NCBI GenBank assembly: GCA_963792785.1
Contig: CAWBXO010000001.1
Location: 1,082,215-1,146,214, forward strand
Length of the DNA stretch: 64,000 nucleotides
Direction of reading: 5' to 3'
Source: an uncultured Acidobacteriota bacterium
GTDB lineage: Bacteria > Acidobacteriota > Vicinamibacteria > Vicinamibacterales > CAVVIG01
The notes beneath the pieces are model-generated. The model saw only the letters and a list, made by a program, of their open reading frames with translations. It made no database searches and was not told the origin of the DNA. How positions within the stretch are numbered: position 1 is the first letter of the stretch; each line of letters opens with the position of its first letter. Below are positions 51,329-60,866 of the stretch, piece after piece. The position numbers were made by a program, and so were the translations under genes.

Positions 51329-52192
51329 CTACTCGAGCGCGCTCCTGGTCAAATCGGCGAGCTGGTCGGCGGTGAACGTGTTGCCTTCGATGTTGGCGAG
51401 GAGACGGCCCCGGCGGTCGATCAGCACGGTGTGCAGCGAGTGGGACATCAGTCCTTCGTCGGCGAACGCGTGCACGCCGAACAGCCCGCAGACCCGCCGG
51501 ATCTCGGGTTCCGGCCCGGTCAGGAAGTGCCAGGTGGCGGCGTCCGCCTTCCACTGCCGCGCGTACGCGGCCAGCACGTCCGGCGTGTCGTGCACCGGAT
51601 CGAACGTGATCGTCAGCAGCACCAGATCGCGCCCGAGCCGGTCCGCGAACCGCTGCTGAAGCACGCCGAAGTCGTTGGCGAGCCGCAGGCAGTAGTTCGG
51701 CAGGACGCAGCTCGTATAGATGAAGTTGACGGCCACGACCTTCCCGCGCAGATCGGAGAGGGCCAGCGGGCGGCCGCGCTGATCGGTCAACCGAAAGCCG
51801 GGCACGGCGGCCCCCACGGCCAGCGGCTCGGCGGACCTCCCGGCCACGAGGTCGCCGAGCAGCGCCAGGCGGCTGGCGGCGAACGGGTCCTGCTCCACAT
51901 TCTCGTACCGCACCACGTGGATCCGCTCCGCCCGGGAGGCCCGCGGCTCGACGACGAGCGTGAACGCCACCAGGGCGCCTGGGGCGAGCGCGTCGAGCTC
52001 CGTGGCGTCGCGCACCTCGAACGGCATGGTCATCGCGCGCATGTAGCCGGGAATCGCGTCCACCGAGGCCGTGAAGGTTCGCGCCGCGCGATCCAGGCGC
52101 ACGACCATCCCCGTGACGGCGTATTCCTGCGCCGCCGCCGACGGCGCGATCGCCAGCACCGCCAGCAGGATCCCCGCCGAGACGCGGCTCAT
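51329..52192 (-). CDS. SCO1/SenC-family protein with N-terminal CusF-like Met-rich copper-binding domain
   Basis: ATG 52192 overlaps the upstream stop (ATGA). 287 aa. Motifs: IPGYMRAMTMPFEV, the thioredoxin-fold segment VNFIYTSCVLPNYC, and HSLHTVLIDRRG. Confidence 0.85.
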   Translation of the reverse strand: MSRVSAGILLAVLAIAPSAAAQEYAVTGMVVRLDRAARTFTASVDAIPGYMRAMTMPFEVRDATELDALAPGALVAFTLVVEPRASRAERIHVVRYENVEQDPFAASRLALLGDLVAGRSAEPLAVGAAVPGFRLTDQRGRPLALSDLRGKVVAVNFIYTSCVLPNYCLRLANDFGVLQQRFADRLGRDLVLLTITFDPVHDTPDVLAAYARQWKADAATWHFLTGPEPEIRRVCGLFGVHAFADEGLMSHSLHTVLIDRRGRLLANIEGNTFTADQLADLTRSALE

Positions 52193-54759
52193 CGGGCCCT
52201 CCGCGCGCCGCCGAGGCGAATCGGCCGGCGCTCGATCGGCCGGTACTCCGTTCCGAGCTCGGCGATCTCCACGACCTGGTTCTTCCCGATGCCGTCGAAG
52301 TGCTGGCGCGTGTTCGACGCGGGCCACCAGATGTCGACCGCGATGATGCGAGCCGATTTTCCCAGGCCGATGTGCTGTTCGAGCGGCGACGCCCCGAAGG
52401 ATCCGCCGCTCCCGACGGACCGGAACACCGACCGCCGGCCGCGGCCCTCGTTCTCGACGGTCACCGTGATCCGCGCGCCGATGGCGCTCCGGTTGCTCTT
52501 CGACCCGACCAGCTTCAGCGTGATCCAATCGTTGCCCTGTCCCGGGTTCTCGAACAGCCGCATCGCGTGGCTGTCGCCGGGCGTCGCGCCGCCGATTTCG
52601 GCCACGATGTCCTCGTCGCCGTCGTTGTCGAGATCGGCGAACGCGATGCCGTGGCCCTTGTGGAGTTCGCCCGTGCCCGACGAGGCCGTGATGTCGGCGA
52701 ACCGCCGGCCTGCCTGGTTGCGCAGCAGCACGTGGGGCGCCATCGAGGCGTAGGACGGCGTGCCCATCCCGAGGTAGATGTCGAGAAACCCGTCGTTGTC
52801 GACGTCGCCGAAGTTGGCCCCCATCGGCATGAAGACCTTGTCCAGCCCCACCGCGGCGGTCACGTCGCGGAACGTGCCGTCGCCGAGGTTCCGATAGAGC
52901 TTCAACGTGCCGGCCTGGTGCGGCAGCCCGAGGTAGGTCCTCGCGGTCTCGTCGACGGACATGAAGTAGCTCGTCGTAAACAGATCGAGCCAGCCGTCGT
53001 TGTCGTAGTCGAAGAACCACGTCGCGAACCCGCGGCCCGAGCCGGACACGCCCGCGTGTGCGGTGACGTCGGTGAACGTGTTGTCGTGATTGTTGCGATA
53101 GAGGATGCCCGGGCCGTCGAAGTTCGAGACGTACAGGTCCTCGAAGCCGTCGTTGTCGTAGTCCGCCGCGGCGACGCCCTTGATGTACGACAGCCGACCG
53201 AGGCCGGCGGCCTCGGCGATGTCCTCGAACCGATCGCCGCGGTTCAGGAACAGCTGCGGCGCCGTGTCCTCGTTGCCGACGAAGAGATCGAGCCGGCCGT
53301 CGTTGTTGACGTCGGCCCACGCCGCCGTCTGCGTGCTGGTGGCCTTCGCGAGACCGACCGCCGCCGTGACGTCCGTGAACGTCCCGTCGCAGTTGTTCTT
53401 CAGCAGGGAGTTGCGCTGCGGCGCTTCCCACCCGCCGCGCAGGACCAGCAGGTCCGTGCAGCCGTCGTTGTTGTAGTCGGCCTGCACGAGATTCAGCCCG
53501 CCCACCTGATCCGACAGCCCGGCGGCCGCGCTCCGCTCGGTGAACGTGCCGTCGCCGTTGTTCCCGAAGTAGTGCAGGGGGCCGCAGGTGTCGAAGTTCG
53601 AGGTCACGATGTCGAACCGGCCGGAGCCGGCCAGGTCGTCGACAATCACGCCGCCCGCGGTCGCGAACACGTTCACGCCCGCCTGCGGCGCCACGTCCAC
53701 GAAGCGGCCGACGTCGTCAGTCGAGGCGAACGCCGAGGGCGGGATCAACTGCCGGGGCGGCACGCGCTCCGGGTACTGTCCCCGCATCATGTACGCGAGA
53801 TTGAGCAGCCACCGGACTTCGAGATCGTCGGGCTTCTCCTGCAGGTAGCTCGAGAAGTGCTCGAGGGCCGTGTCGAGGTCGCCGGTCCGCGGGAACGCCC
53901 GGCCGGCCGCCACCGGAATCAGGCAAAGCTCGCCCGGCTCGCGGTACGCGCCGTTGTCCATTTCCGCCCGGTGGAGGTACGCCGTGCCCAGCATTTCCTG
54001 CGTCGTCAGCACGGCTCCGGGGACGCCGTCGCGCGCCAGGCGCTGCGCCTCTTCGTAGTGCGGGATCGCGCCATCCATGTCGCCGTCGTACGCCAGGAGC
54101 TGCGCCAGGCCCAGGTGCGCCTGCATCAGCTCGAACGCGGGCCGCGTCTCCCGGACCGCCGCCATCCGCGGCGAAAAGAAGTCTTCGAACACGCGTCGCG
54201 ACTCGGCCAGCGAGCTGCGCCGCACCTGGCACATCACGCGCGGACTCTGGTCCCAGCCCGCGGGTTTCGCGAAGTCGCGCAGCACCGCCTCGGCTTCGGG
54301 CAGGCCTCCGACGTCGAGCACGTACTTCACGGCGCCGGTGGCCACCAGGCCCGGAATGCCGGCGGGGTTCGTGGTTCCCGCCGCCGCGGCCTGCGTGTCG
54401 GCCTCCACCCTCATGAACGCGAAGCCGGTCGGCACCGCGACGACGCGCGTCAGCTGGCCCGGGCGCACGCCGCTCAACGCATTTCGCAGCTCGGGACGCA
54501 GCGTCGACACCTCGACCCGGCCGATGAGGCCCCCGGCGCCCGCGCTCGGATCGATCGAAGCCTCACGCGCGACAGCGGCGAAATCCTCGCCTCCGCGGAC
54601 GCGCGCCGCCAGGCGTGCGGCGTCGTCGGCCGAGGCGGCGACGATGATGCGGAGCGACAGCGCCTGGGGCGGGACGTCGACCTGCGCGGCTCGCGCGACG
54701 AGCCACACGCCGGGAAGAGCGGCCACGAGCAGCGCGCAGGCCAGCCGGCGGAAGCGCAC
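52189..54759 (-). CDS. PpiC/parvulin-like domain + FG-GAP + ASPIC-UnbV (CRTAC1-type) protein
   Basis: ORF 52189..54918. The likely start is GTG 54759 (VRFRRLACALLVAALPGVWLVARA), but this is uncertain. The N-terminal region is parvulin-like (GEDFAAVAREASIDPSAGAGGLIG...). It is followed by FG-GAP repeats and a UnbV-ASPIC tail. Confidence 0.8.
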   Translation of the reverse strand: MRFRRLACALLVAALPGVWLVARAAQVDVPPQALSLRIIVAASADDAARLAARVRGGEDFAAVAREASIDPSAGAGGLIGRVEVSTLRPELRNALSGVRPGQLTRVVAVPTGFAFMRVEADTQAAAAGTTNPAGIPGLVATGAVKYVLDVGGLPEAEAVLRDFAKPAGWDQSPRVMCQVRRSSLAESRRVFEDFFSPRMAAVRETRPAFELMQAHLGLAQLLAYDGDMDGAIPHYEEAQRLARDGVPGAVLTTQEMLGTAYLHRAEMDNGAYREPGELCLIPVAAGRAFPRTGDLDTALEHFSSYLQEKPDDLEVRWLLNLAYMMRGQYPERVPPRQLIPPSAFASTDDVGRFVDVAPQAGVNVFATAGGVIVDDLAGSGRFDIVTSNFDTCGPLHYFGNNGDGTFTERSAAAGLSDQVGGLNLVQADYNNDGCTDLLVLRGGWEAPQRNSLLKNNCDGTFTDVTAAVGLAKATSTQTAAWADVNNDGRLDLFVGNEDTAPQLFLNRGDRFEDIAEAAGLGRLSYIKGVAAADYDNDGFEDLYVSNFDGPGILYRNNHDNTFTDVTAHAGVSGSGRGFATWFFDYDNDGWLDLFTTSYFMSVDETARTYLGLPHQAGTLKLYRNLGDGTFRDVTAAVGLDKVFMPMGANFGDVDNDGFLDIYLGMGTPSYASMAPHVLLRNQAGRRFADITASSGTGELHKGHGIAFADLDNDGDEDIVAEIGGATPGDSHAMRLFENPGQGNDWITLKLVGSKSNRSAIGARITVTVENEGRGRRSVFRSVGSGGSFGASPLEQHIGLGKSARIIAVDIWWPASNTRQHFDGIGKNQVVEIAELGTEYRPIERRPIRLGGARRAR

Positions 54760-54788
54760 GCCACATGATAACCCGGAGGTCCCGCGCC

Positions 54789-57053
54789 TCAGAACCGGAG
54801 GAGGCGATTGACCTTGACGATGAAGGCGCGATTCTGGAGGGCCGGGAAACCCGGGGGCAAGGTGTCGCGCTGCTCGTTGAAGACGATGAACAACTCGCTG
54901 CCCGGCCGGTATTCCCACCGCAGCCGCGCGTTCGTGCTCACGCTCTGGCTGGCGGAGCTGTACTGCACGAGCGCGCTCACGAACATCAACGGCGTCATCG
55001 TGTAGGTCACGCGCGACCCGATGAGGTTGTTGCTGAAGGATCCCGCCGGCAGATCCAGCCAGTTGAGCGACACGGTCGGTTCGAGCGAAAAGCGCGGGGT
55101 CACGTTGACCCGCGTCCGCGAGAACGACAGTGTGGTGAGGGTGCCGTTGTAGAACTCACCGCGCGCGAAGCTGAGATTTCCGGATAGCGGCCGCTGCTGG
55201 CCGAAGTTGTAGCCGGCCGAAGCCGACGTGAACCCGTACTCCCCGACGGGAATCCTGGCGCCAGGCACGACGGTGAAGGGCGCCGTCAGCCGCTCGTAGT
55301 CGTCCGTCACGCTGACGCTGAACCGATCGCTGTTCTCCAGCTCGATCGCGAACTCGCCGTCGGCCGTGCGCGTTTCGAGCACCCCGGTCCCGTCTTCGAT
55401 GTAGGTGAGCGTACCGGTGCCCGACAGCTTGCGGATCGCCCTCACCGATCGCAGCCGGGGGCTGAACCGGAACTGCGCAAAGTTCTTCTGCATGTCGTCC
55501 CGGCGCACGAACCCGATTTCCGGGTTGAACGCGTCGCCCACGACCAGGCGCTCGACCTGCGCGCCGTAACGGTCGCCCGCGTATTCCATGTACGTGCGGT
55601 AGCTGGTGTCCTTGCCCTGCCGGTCGGTCGTCCAGGTCTTCGCCCAGTACAGATTGAAGGACAGGTTGTCGAAGAACGTGAAGCCGCCGTCGAACCCCAG
55701 CGCCTGGTTGGATCCGGTCCCGTCCTGGCTCACCGAGCGCGACGTCGCGAGCACGCCGATGCTGCTCCGCCGGAGAATGTCCCGCCGGAGGCGCAGCACC
55801 GAGAAGTTCGTCGACGGCGCGCCCGCCGCCGGATCGTCCTTCGTGTTGATGTCGATGGCCCCGATGCTGTAGCGGCCCGCGCGCCCCGTCAGACGCCCGC
55901 CCGCCAGGATGGGCACTTCCTGCCCCTGATTGAGGCCGATCCGCCGGCTATAGAACAGCAGCGGCGTGTCGCCGACCTGATTGGTCCCCGCCGACGACGT
56001 GCCGAACGAGAACGTCCCCTGGTTTTCCAGGAAGAACTCGCGCTTCTCGGGAAAGAACAGGCTGAAGCGCGTGAGGTTGACCTGCTGCTCGTCGGCTTCC
56101 ACCTGGGCGAAATCGGTGTTGACCGTCACGTCGGCCGTCAGGCTCTGCGTCACGCCGTACTTCAGATCCAGCCCGACGTTGCCGTCGGGCGAATTCGACA
56201 CCGCCGGGACCGCCTTGCGGTCGGTCGTGACGTCGCCCAGCACGTACGGCTTCAGCTCGAGGTTCTTGCCCGCCGCCGGAGCGTCGAGGCCGACGAGCGT
56301 CGGAAAGAGCGATGCCGCGAAGCTGCCGCGCGCGATCCCCATCGCCGGCGGCACGCGCGCGAGATACGCGATCTCATTCTTCCACTTGTTGTTGCGGCGC
56401 GCGTTGAAGCCCCAGACCTGGTCGGTGCCCGGGCGGTACCGCAGGGACTTGAAGGGCAGGGCCGCCTCGACCGTCCAGCCGCCGTCGAAGTGGCCCACGG
56501 CGAGGTCCCAGACGGGATTCCAGTCGCCGTTGTACTGGCGCTCGTTCGTGCTCTGGCCGTCGGTGCGCGCGCCGAGGGGATTGACCTCGAACTGATACGC
56601 GTTGCGGCCGTCGTGGAACGTGTCGAGGGCGAACCCGATGCAGTCGCCCATGCGGATGTTGTTGCTGTCGCGTCGCATCTCGTTCGCGACCATCAGGTCG
56701 GGCCGGCTCTCCCACGCGCGGACCGACACGTAGAAATTGCAATCGTCGAAGAAGATCCACACTTCGGTCTTCTCCGACGCCGGCTCACCGCCGGCGGGCT
56801 CCATCTGGATGAAATCGGAGACGGGCACGACGCCCGCGTACGCCGCGTCGTCGAGATTGCCGTCGATCCGGAGGGGCGTGTCGACGCGGATGGCGTGAAG
56901 GGTGAGTCGGCCGTCGGCGCCGCGGGGCGACGCCTGTTGGACGAGGGACACCGCCGACGGGGCCTGGGCGAGGCCCACGGCGGGCACAGCGCACAAGGCC
57001 GCCGTGAGCAGGACCGCGAGCGCCCCGCCGCGGCGCAGGACGCAGAGGCTCAC
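54789..57053 (-). CDS. DUF5916 / CBM9-like domain outer-membrane protein
   Basis: 754 aa from GTG 57053, with a signal peptide. The N-terminal block is typical of the family: IDG.LDD..Y......DFIQMEP..G.P.SE.TEVWI.FD..N.YV ... F.FALDTFHDGRNAYQFEVNPLG. The long C-terminal region looks like a beta-barrel. Confidence 0.85.
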   Translation of the reverse strand: MSLCVLRRGGALAVLLTAALCAVPAVGLAQAPSAVSLVQQASPRGADGRLTLHAIRVDTPLRIDGNLDDAAYAGVVPVSDFIQMEPAGGEPASEKTEVWIFFDDCNFYVSVRAWESRPDLMVANEMRRDSNNIRMGDCIGFALDTFHDGRNAYQFEVNPLGARTDGQSTNERQYNGDWNPVWDLAVGHFDGGWTVEAALPFKSLRYRPGTDQVWGFNARRNNKWKNEIAYLARVPPAMGIARGSFAASLFPTLVGLDAPAAGKNLELKPYVLGDVTTDRKAVPAVSNSPDGNVGLDLKYGVTQSLTADVTVNTDFAQVEADEQQVNLTRFSLFFPEKREFFLENQGTFSFGTSSAGTNQVGDTPLLFYSRRIGLNQGQEVPILAGGRLTGRAGRYSIGAIDINTKDDPAAGAPSTNFSVLRLRRDILRRSSIGVLATSRSVSQDGTGSNQALGFDGGFTFFDNLSFNLYWAKTWTTDRQGKDTSYRTYMEYAGDRYGAQVERLVVGDAFNPEIGFVRRDDMQKNFAQFRFSPRLRSVRAIRKLSGTGTLTYIEDGTGVLETRTADGEFAIELENSDRFSVSVTDDYERLTAPFTVVPGARIPVGEYGFTSASAGYNFGQQRPLSGNLSFARGEFYNGTLTTLSFSRTRVNVTPRFSLEPTVSLNWLDLPAGSFSNNLIGSRVTYTMTPLMFVSALVQYSSASQSVSTNARLRWEYRPGSELFIVFNEQRDTLPPGFPALQNRAFIVKVNRLLRF

Positions 57054-57057
57054 GGCA

Positions 57058-58077
57058 TCAGCGATCGGCGGTGACTGTGATCGTGACGTCTTCGCTGCTG
57101 GTCAGGCCCCCATCGTCGGCGAGCCCTCGCAGGACGTAGGTGCCGGGCTCGGCGAACGTCACGTGCGTCATCACGCGCCCATCGGTCGGCATGTCGGGCG
57201 CCGACCAGAGCGGCGCCCACGGCGAGTTCGTGCCCACCCGGGTGTCTTCCCACACCTTGGCCTGCGGGGTATCGAACGTCACCGAGTCTCCCGGGCCGCG
57301 ATAGACGAACCAGGACAAGTGCAGCCCGACGTTCTTTCCGACCGTGCTCCGCGAGGGCGGCTGCATGGCCCGGTTGACGCCGGGCGTGACGTCGGTCGCC
57401 GAACGCGAGCTGTCCCTCACCGTCGTGTCCTGGATCGACCCTTGATTCTCGACGACGGCGCCCACGCGTCCCGCGCCGCGCGACTTGGGCACGCCGTCGT
57501 CGGTGACGATGGCGACGAGCGACACCGGCTCGCCGACCTTGGCGGTCAGCGTTCGCTCGTTCTCGAGTTCCACGGCCGGCGCCTTGTTCGCGCGAATCTC
57601 CGGACTACTCGAGCCCGCGCCCAGGGCGCCCGTTTCCGACATCCGGATCATCGTGTCCATCTTGTAGTCGGGAGCGAGCGTGGCGTAGGCTTTCTCGGTC
57701 TTGCCCTTGGTGGTCAGGGTCCAGACGAGCTCGTCGGTGGCGGTGAAGCCGTCCGGCACCGGGACGTCGAACACAAAGCGGTTCCGGCGGGGCAGGAAAT
57801 GGGTCGGCTGGCCCCGATCGGCGGCGCCGACGTTGAAACCGTTGTCGGGACCGATCGGAACGTCGAGCTCTTCCTCCCAGTTCCGGTTCATGTAGCCGAA
57901 GACGAAGTACCGCGATCCGTCGGCGTGCTCTTCCCAGCCCTCGTAGGCGGGTGCGACGTTCTGACCGCGGGTGTACGACAGCGACTGCGCCGACGCCCGC
58001 AATGGCAAACCGACCAGGGCCGCCGCCGCCAGCAGCGCGCCCGAGGCCCCGATGACACCGTGCACCTTCGCCCTCAT
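57058..58077 (-). CDS. secreted partner protein of cassette C, copy 2 (339 aa)
   Basis: Signal peptide. Motifs: PAYEGWEEHADGSRYFVFGYMNRNWEEELDVPIG...DRGQPTHFLPRRNRFVFDVPVP and a ...EPGTYVLRGLADDGGLTSSEDVTITVT tail. Lies 3 nt after copy 1. Confidence 0.85.
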   Translation of the reverse strand: MRAKVHGVIGASGALLAAAALVGLPLRASAQSLSYTRGQNVAPAYEGWEEHADGSRYFVFGYMNRNWEEELDVPIGPDNGFNVGAADRGQPTHFLPRRNRFVFDVPVPDGFTATDELVWTLTTKGKTEKAYATLAPDYKMDTMIRMSETGALGAGSSSPEIRANKAPAVELENERTLTAKVGEPVSLVAIVTDDGVPKSRGAGRVGAVVENQGSIQDTTVRDSSRSATDVTPGVNRAMQPPSRSTVGKNVGLHLSWFVYRGPGDSVTFDTPQAKVWEDTRVGTNSPWAPLWSAPDMPTDGRVMTHVTFAEPGTYVLRGLADDGGLTSSEDVTITVTADR

Positions 58078-58080
58078 GCG

Positions 58081-59094
58081 CTACTCCTGACCTGACGGCC
58101 CGTTTCCAGCCGTGACGGTGACCGTCACGTCCTGGCTGCTCGTCAGCCCCCCGTCATCCGCGAGGCCGCGCAGCACGTACGTGCCGGGCTCGGCGAATGT
58201 CGCGTTGACCACGATGCGGCCATCGGTGGGCATCATGGGTGCCGACCAGACCGGCGCCCACGGTGAGTTCGTGCCGGTCCGGGTGTCTTCCCACACCTTG
58301 ATCTGCGAAGGGTCAAAGCTCACCTCCCCGGCGCCGCGGTAGACGAACCACGAGAGGTGCAGCCCGTTGTTCTTCCCCACGGTGACGCGAGACGGCGGCT
58401 GCATGGCCCGATTCCCGCGCCGCGCGGCGGCGCTGGCCGCCGACTCGTCCGAACGAGGGGCGTCACTCGGGACCGAGCCCGGGTTGTTCACCGCCGCGCC
58501 CGCCAGCCCCGCGCCGCGCGGCTTGGGCACGCCGTCGTCGGTCACGATCGCGATGAGCGCCACCGGCTCGCCTACCCGGACGGTGCGCGTGTCCGCGCCC
58601 TCGAGCTCCACGGACGGCGGCTGGTTGGCGCGAATCTCCGGGCTGCTCGTTCCGGCGCCCAGGGCGCCGGTTTCCGACATGCGCACCATCTTGTCGACCT
58701 CGTAGTCGGGCGCGAGCGTGGCGTACGCCTTCTCCGTCGTGCCGTGCGTGGTGAGCGTCCACACCATCTCGTCGGTGACGCTGAAGGTGTCCGGCACGCG
58801 CACGCGGAAGACGAACCGGTTGCGGCGTGGGAGAAAGTGCGTCGGCTGGCCCCGATCGGCGTTGCCGACGTTGAAGCCGTTGTCGGCGCCGACCGGCACG
58901 TCGATTTCTTCCTCCCAGTTCCGGTTCATGTACCCGAAGACGAAGTACCGGGCGCCGTCGGCGTCCTGTTCCCAGCCTTCGTACGCGGGCGCCACGTTCT
59001 GGCCGCTGTTGTAGCTCAACGACTGCGCGGGGACGCCGTGAGACACAAGCAGCAGCACGGCCGCGCCGAACAGTACGCGAAAGACGTTCCTCAT
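58081..59094 (-). CDS. secreted partner protein of cassette C, copy 1 (337 aa)
   Basis: Internal ATG 59094 (MRNVFRVLFGAAVLLLV). Close paralogue of 57058..58077 and 17304..18305. Confidence 0.85.
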   Translation of the reverse strand: MRNVFRVLFGAAVLLLVSHGVPAQSLSYNSGQNVAPAYEGWEQDADGARYFVFGYMNRNWEEEIDVPVGADNGFNVGNADRGQPTHFLPRRNRFVFRVRVPDTFSVTDEMVWTLTTHGTTEKAYATLAPDYEVDKMVRMSETGALGAGTSSPEIRANQPPSVELEGADTRTVRVGEPVALIAIVTDDGVPKPRGAGLAGAAVNNPGSVPSDAPRSDESAASAAARRGNRAMQPPSRVTVGKNNGLHLSWFVYRGAGEVSFDPSQIKVWEDTRTGTNSPWAPVWSAPMMPTDGRIVVNATFAEPGTYVLRGLADDGGLTSSQDVTVTVTAGNGPSGQE

Positions 59095-59154
59095 TATGTT
59101 CTGACCTTGGATGTGATGCCGGAGGGAGCCATGCCGTCCCTTCGGACGAAACGA

Positions 59155-59190
59155 TTCGGGCCGGGTCCCCCTGGAGGGACCCGGCCCGAA
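59155..59190 (-). promoter_or_regulatory. 15-bp-stem hairpin between the cassette C genes
   Basis: ttcgggccgggtccc-cctgga-gggacccggcccgaa lies 10 nt after the stop at 59200. A second, imperfect hairpin lies at 59119..59147. The position is the same as the cassette A hairpin. Confidence 0.55.
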
Positions 59191-59199
59191 CACCGGTGG

Positions 59200-60666
59200 T
59201 TACTGTTGTTGCTGCTGCTGTTGCTGATTCTGGCCCGTGCTCTGCTCGGCCTTCATCTCTTCTTTGGCGACCACGTTGCAGAGCGGGCACCCCAGGTAGA
59301 TGTCCTGGCCGGGATGCTCGGCGACGCGCTTCTCCATCTCGGCCTTGAAGTCCTCGTCGCTCATCGAGACACGGTTGCCGAGGTCGATGAACATGTTGGC
59401 GACCGACCGGTTGCCCGAACCCTGCCAGTTCCGGGGATCCGGAATCCGCCGATTCGACGGCGAGTTGTCCATGTACCCGACGATGTGGAGGATCGCGCCT
59501 TTCGGGATGAGCGGCGCCACGTCGTCGTCATAGTGATACGCGCGCACCCAGTCGTGGTCGTATCCGACGCAGTTCAGCGTCTGGATGTTGTAGCCCCAGA
59601 TCACTTCCTCGCACATCCGCATGCCCGGCGCGTGCAGATGCGGCTCGAACGACATGATCTTGGTGTTCTCCTTCACCACGGCGTACGCGTGCAGTTCCTG
59701 ACCGGACTTCATCGACGCGATGTCGATGTCCACGCCGTTGCCGAGCGAGTAACTGGAGCGCTTGTACTTCGGCACGAAGCCCTTCGGCGCGAACTTGAAG
59801 CCGATTTCGAGGTGCGCCGTCGTGTCGCGGCCGTTCGAGTGCAGGTGCGCCGAGTCGGACACAATCGACGAGTTCGCCTCGAGGAGGCGCGCGGCGTTCG
59901 GATCGAAGAAGTCGGCGTTGCGGCCGACCTCGTGCACCGGCCACCCGGTCGTCTCTTCGTCGGCCACCGGCTTGCCGTCCTTGTCGAACACCCGCGTGCT
60001 CCAGATCATGTGATGGAAGACGAAGCGGCCGCCGACGGTGTCGCGACCCGTGCCGCCCTTGGGCACGTCGTTGATCTCGCGCACCTGGAGCGCCACCACG
60101 TAGCGATCCTCGGTCAAGCCGGTCGGAATGCGCGGGATGTCGCCCCACCAATCGGGGGAGTTCGCCTTGACCACGACGTCGGTCGTCCGCACGATGAGGT
60201 CGGGCGTGCCGATGTGCCAGTCTTCGGCGTTGCTCCAGTCGCGATCGGGCGGCATGTCGGCCGGGTCGCCGCGCGGCGCACCGTTGTCGGCCCAGGTGGC
60301 GATCTTCTGGATTTCCTCATCGCTCAGCGAGGGGTCATCCTTGAAGCCCTGGATGCCGATGTTCTTCTCGACATACCACGGCGGCATGACGCCCGCGACC
60401 GGGCCGAGCCCCGTCTTGGTCTTGATCGCCCGCGCCCAGGGGCGCACGTCCTCGTACGTCTGGAGGGCCATCGGCGCGCCGCCGTCCGCCCGGTGGCAAT
60501 TTTCGCAGCTGCGCTGCAGAATGGGCGCGATGTCCCGGGTGTACGTCACCTGCTGGCTCGCAGCCCCTTGCGCTCGAACGGCATCAGACGTGGCCAACCC
60601 TACGCCCGCTGCTACGAAGGCGGTCGCGACGATGATCGCCCACATGCTGCGCTTCGATCGCTTCAT
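59200..60666 (-). CDS. haem-c (PSCyt1-like) / PHM-DBH-like copper monooxygenase fusion protein, poly-Gln C-terminus (cassette C)
   Basis: ORF 59200..60714. I prefer ATG 60666 (MKRSKRSMWAIIV), which has GAGGAG 7 nt upstream. Motifs: CENCH, MPPWY, LSDEEIQKIATWADNGAP, FVFHHMIWS, DSAHLHSNG, FEPHLHAPG, NRSVANMF. Ends in QNQQQQQQQQ. Confidence 0.85.
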   Translation of the reverse strand: MKRSKRSMWAIIVATAFVAAGVGLATSDAVRAQGAASQQVTYTRDIAPILQRSCENCHRADGGAPMALQTYEDVRPWARAIKTKTGLGPVAGVMPPWYVEKNIGIQGFKDDPSLSDEEIQKIATWADNGAPRGDPADMPPDRDWSNAEDWHIGTPDLIVRTTDVVVKANSPDWWGDIPRIPTGLTEDRYVVALQVREINDVPKGGTGRDTVGGRFVFHHMIWSTRVFDKDGKPVADEETTGWPVHEVGRNADFFDPNAARLLEANSSIVSDSAHLHSNGRDTTAHLEIGFKFAPKGFVPKYKRSSYSLGNGVDIDIASMKSGQELHAYAVVKENTKIMSFEPHLHAPGMRMCEEVIWGYNIQTLNCVGYDHDWVRAYHYDDDVAPLIPKGAILHIVGYMDNSPSNRRIPDPRNWQGSGNRSVANMFIDLGNRVSMSDEDFKAEMEKRVAEHPGQDIYLGCPLCNVVAKEEMKAEQSTGQNQQQQQQQQ

Positions 60667-60773
60667 GAACATGCTCCTCAAACTCAAGAGAGATCCATTA
60701 AATCCGGCCCCCAAAGTGCCTGGTTCGTCCAGCCGGTACTGCTCAATTTTTACATTAGTCGGCGCGGGCCCGT

Positions 60774-60790
60774 TGTCTTAACTTGTCGCA
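60774..60790. promoter_or_regulatory. degenerate TGTC-N6-TGTCGCA direct repeat upstream of cassette C
   Basis: tgtcttaacttgtcgca has the same 10-bp phasing as the repeats at 19864, 33971 and 41488. It lies 108-124 bp upstream of ATG 60666, in the region divergent from the TAXI/HK/RR operon. Confidence 0.4.
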
Positions 60791-60866
60791 CGCCGCCCGG
60801 GCGGAAACGTCTTCCGACCCGCACCGCTTGAACCCGGCAAGTGGTTCTGATACAAGCTCTTCGGTC

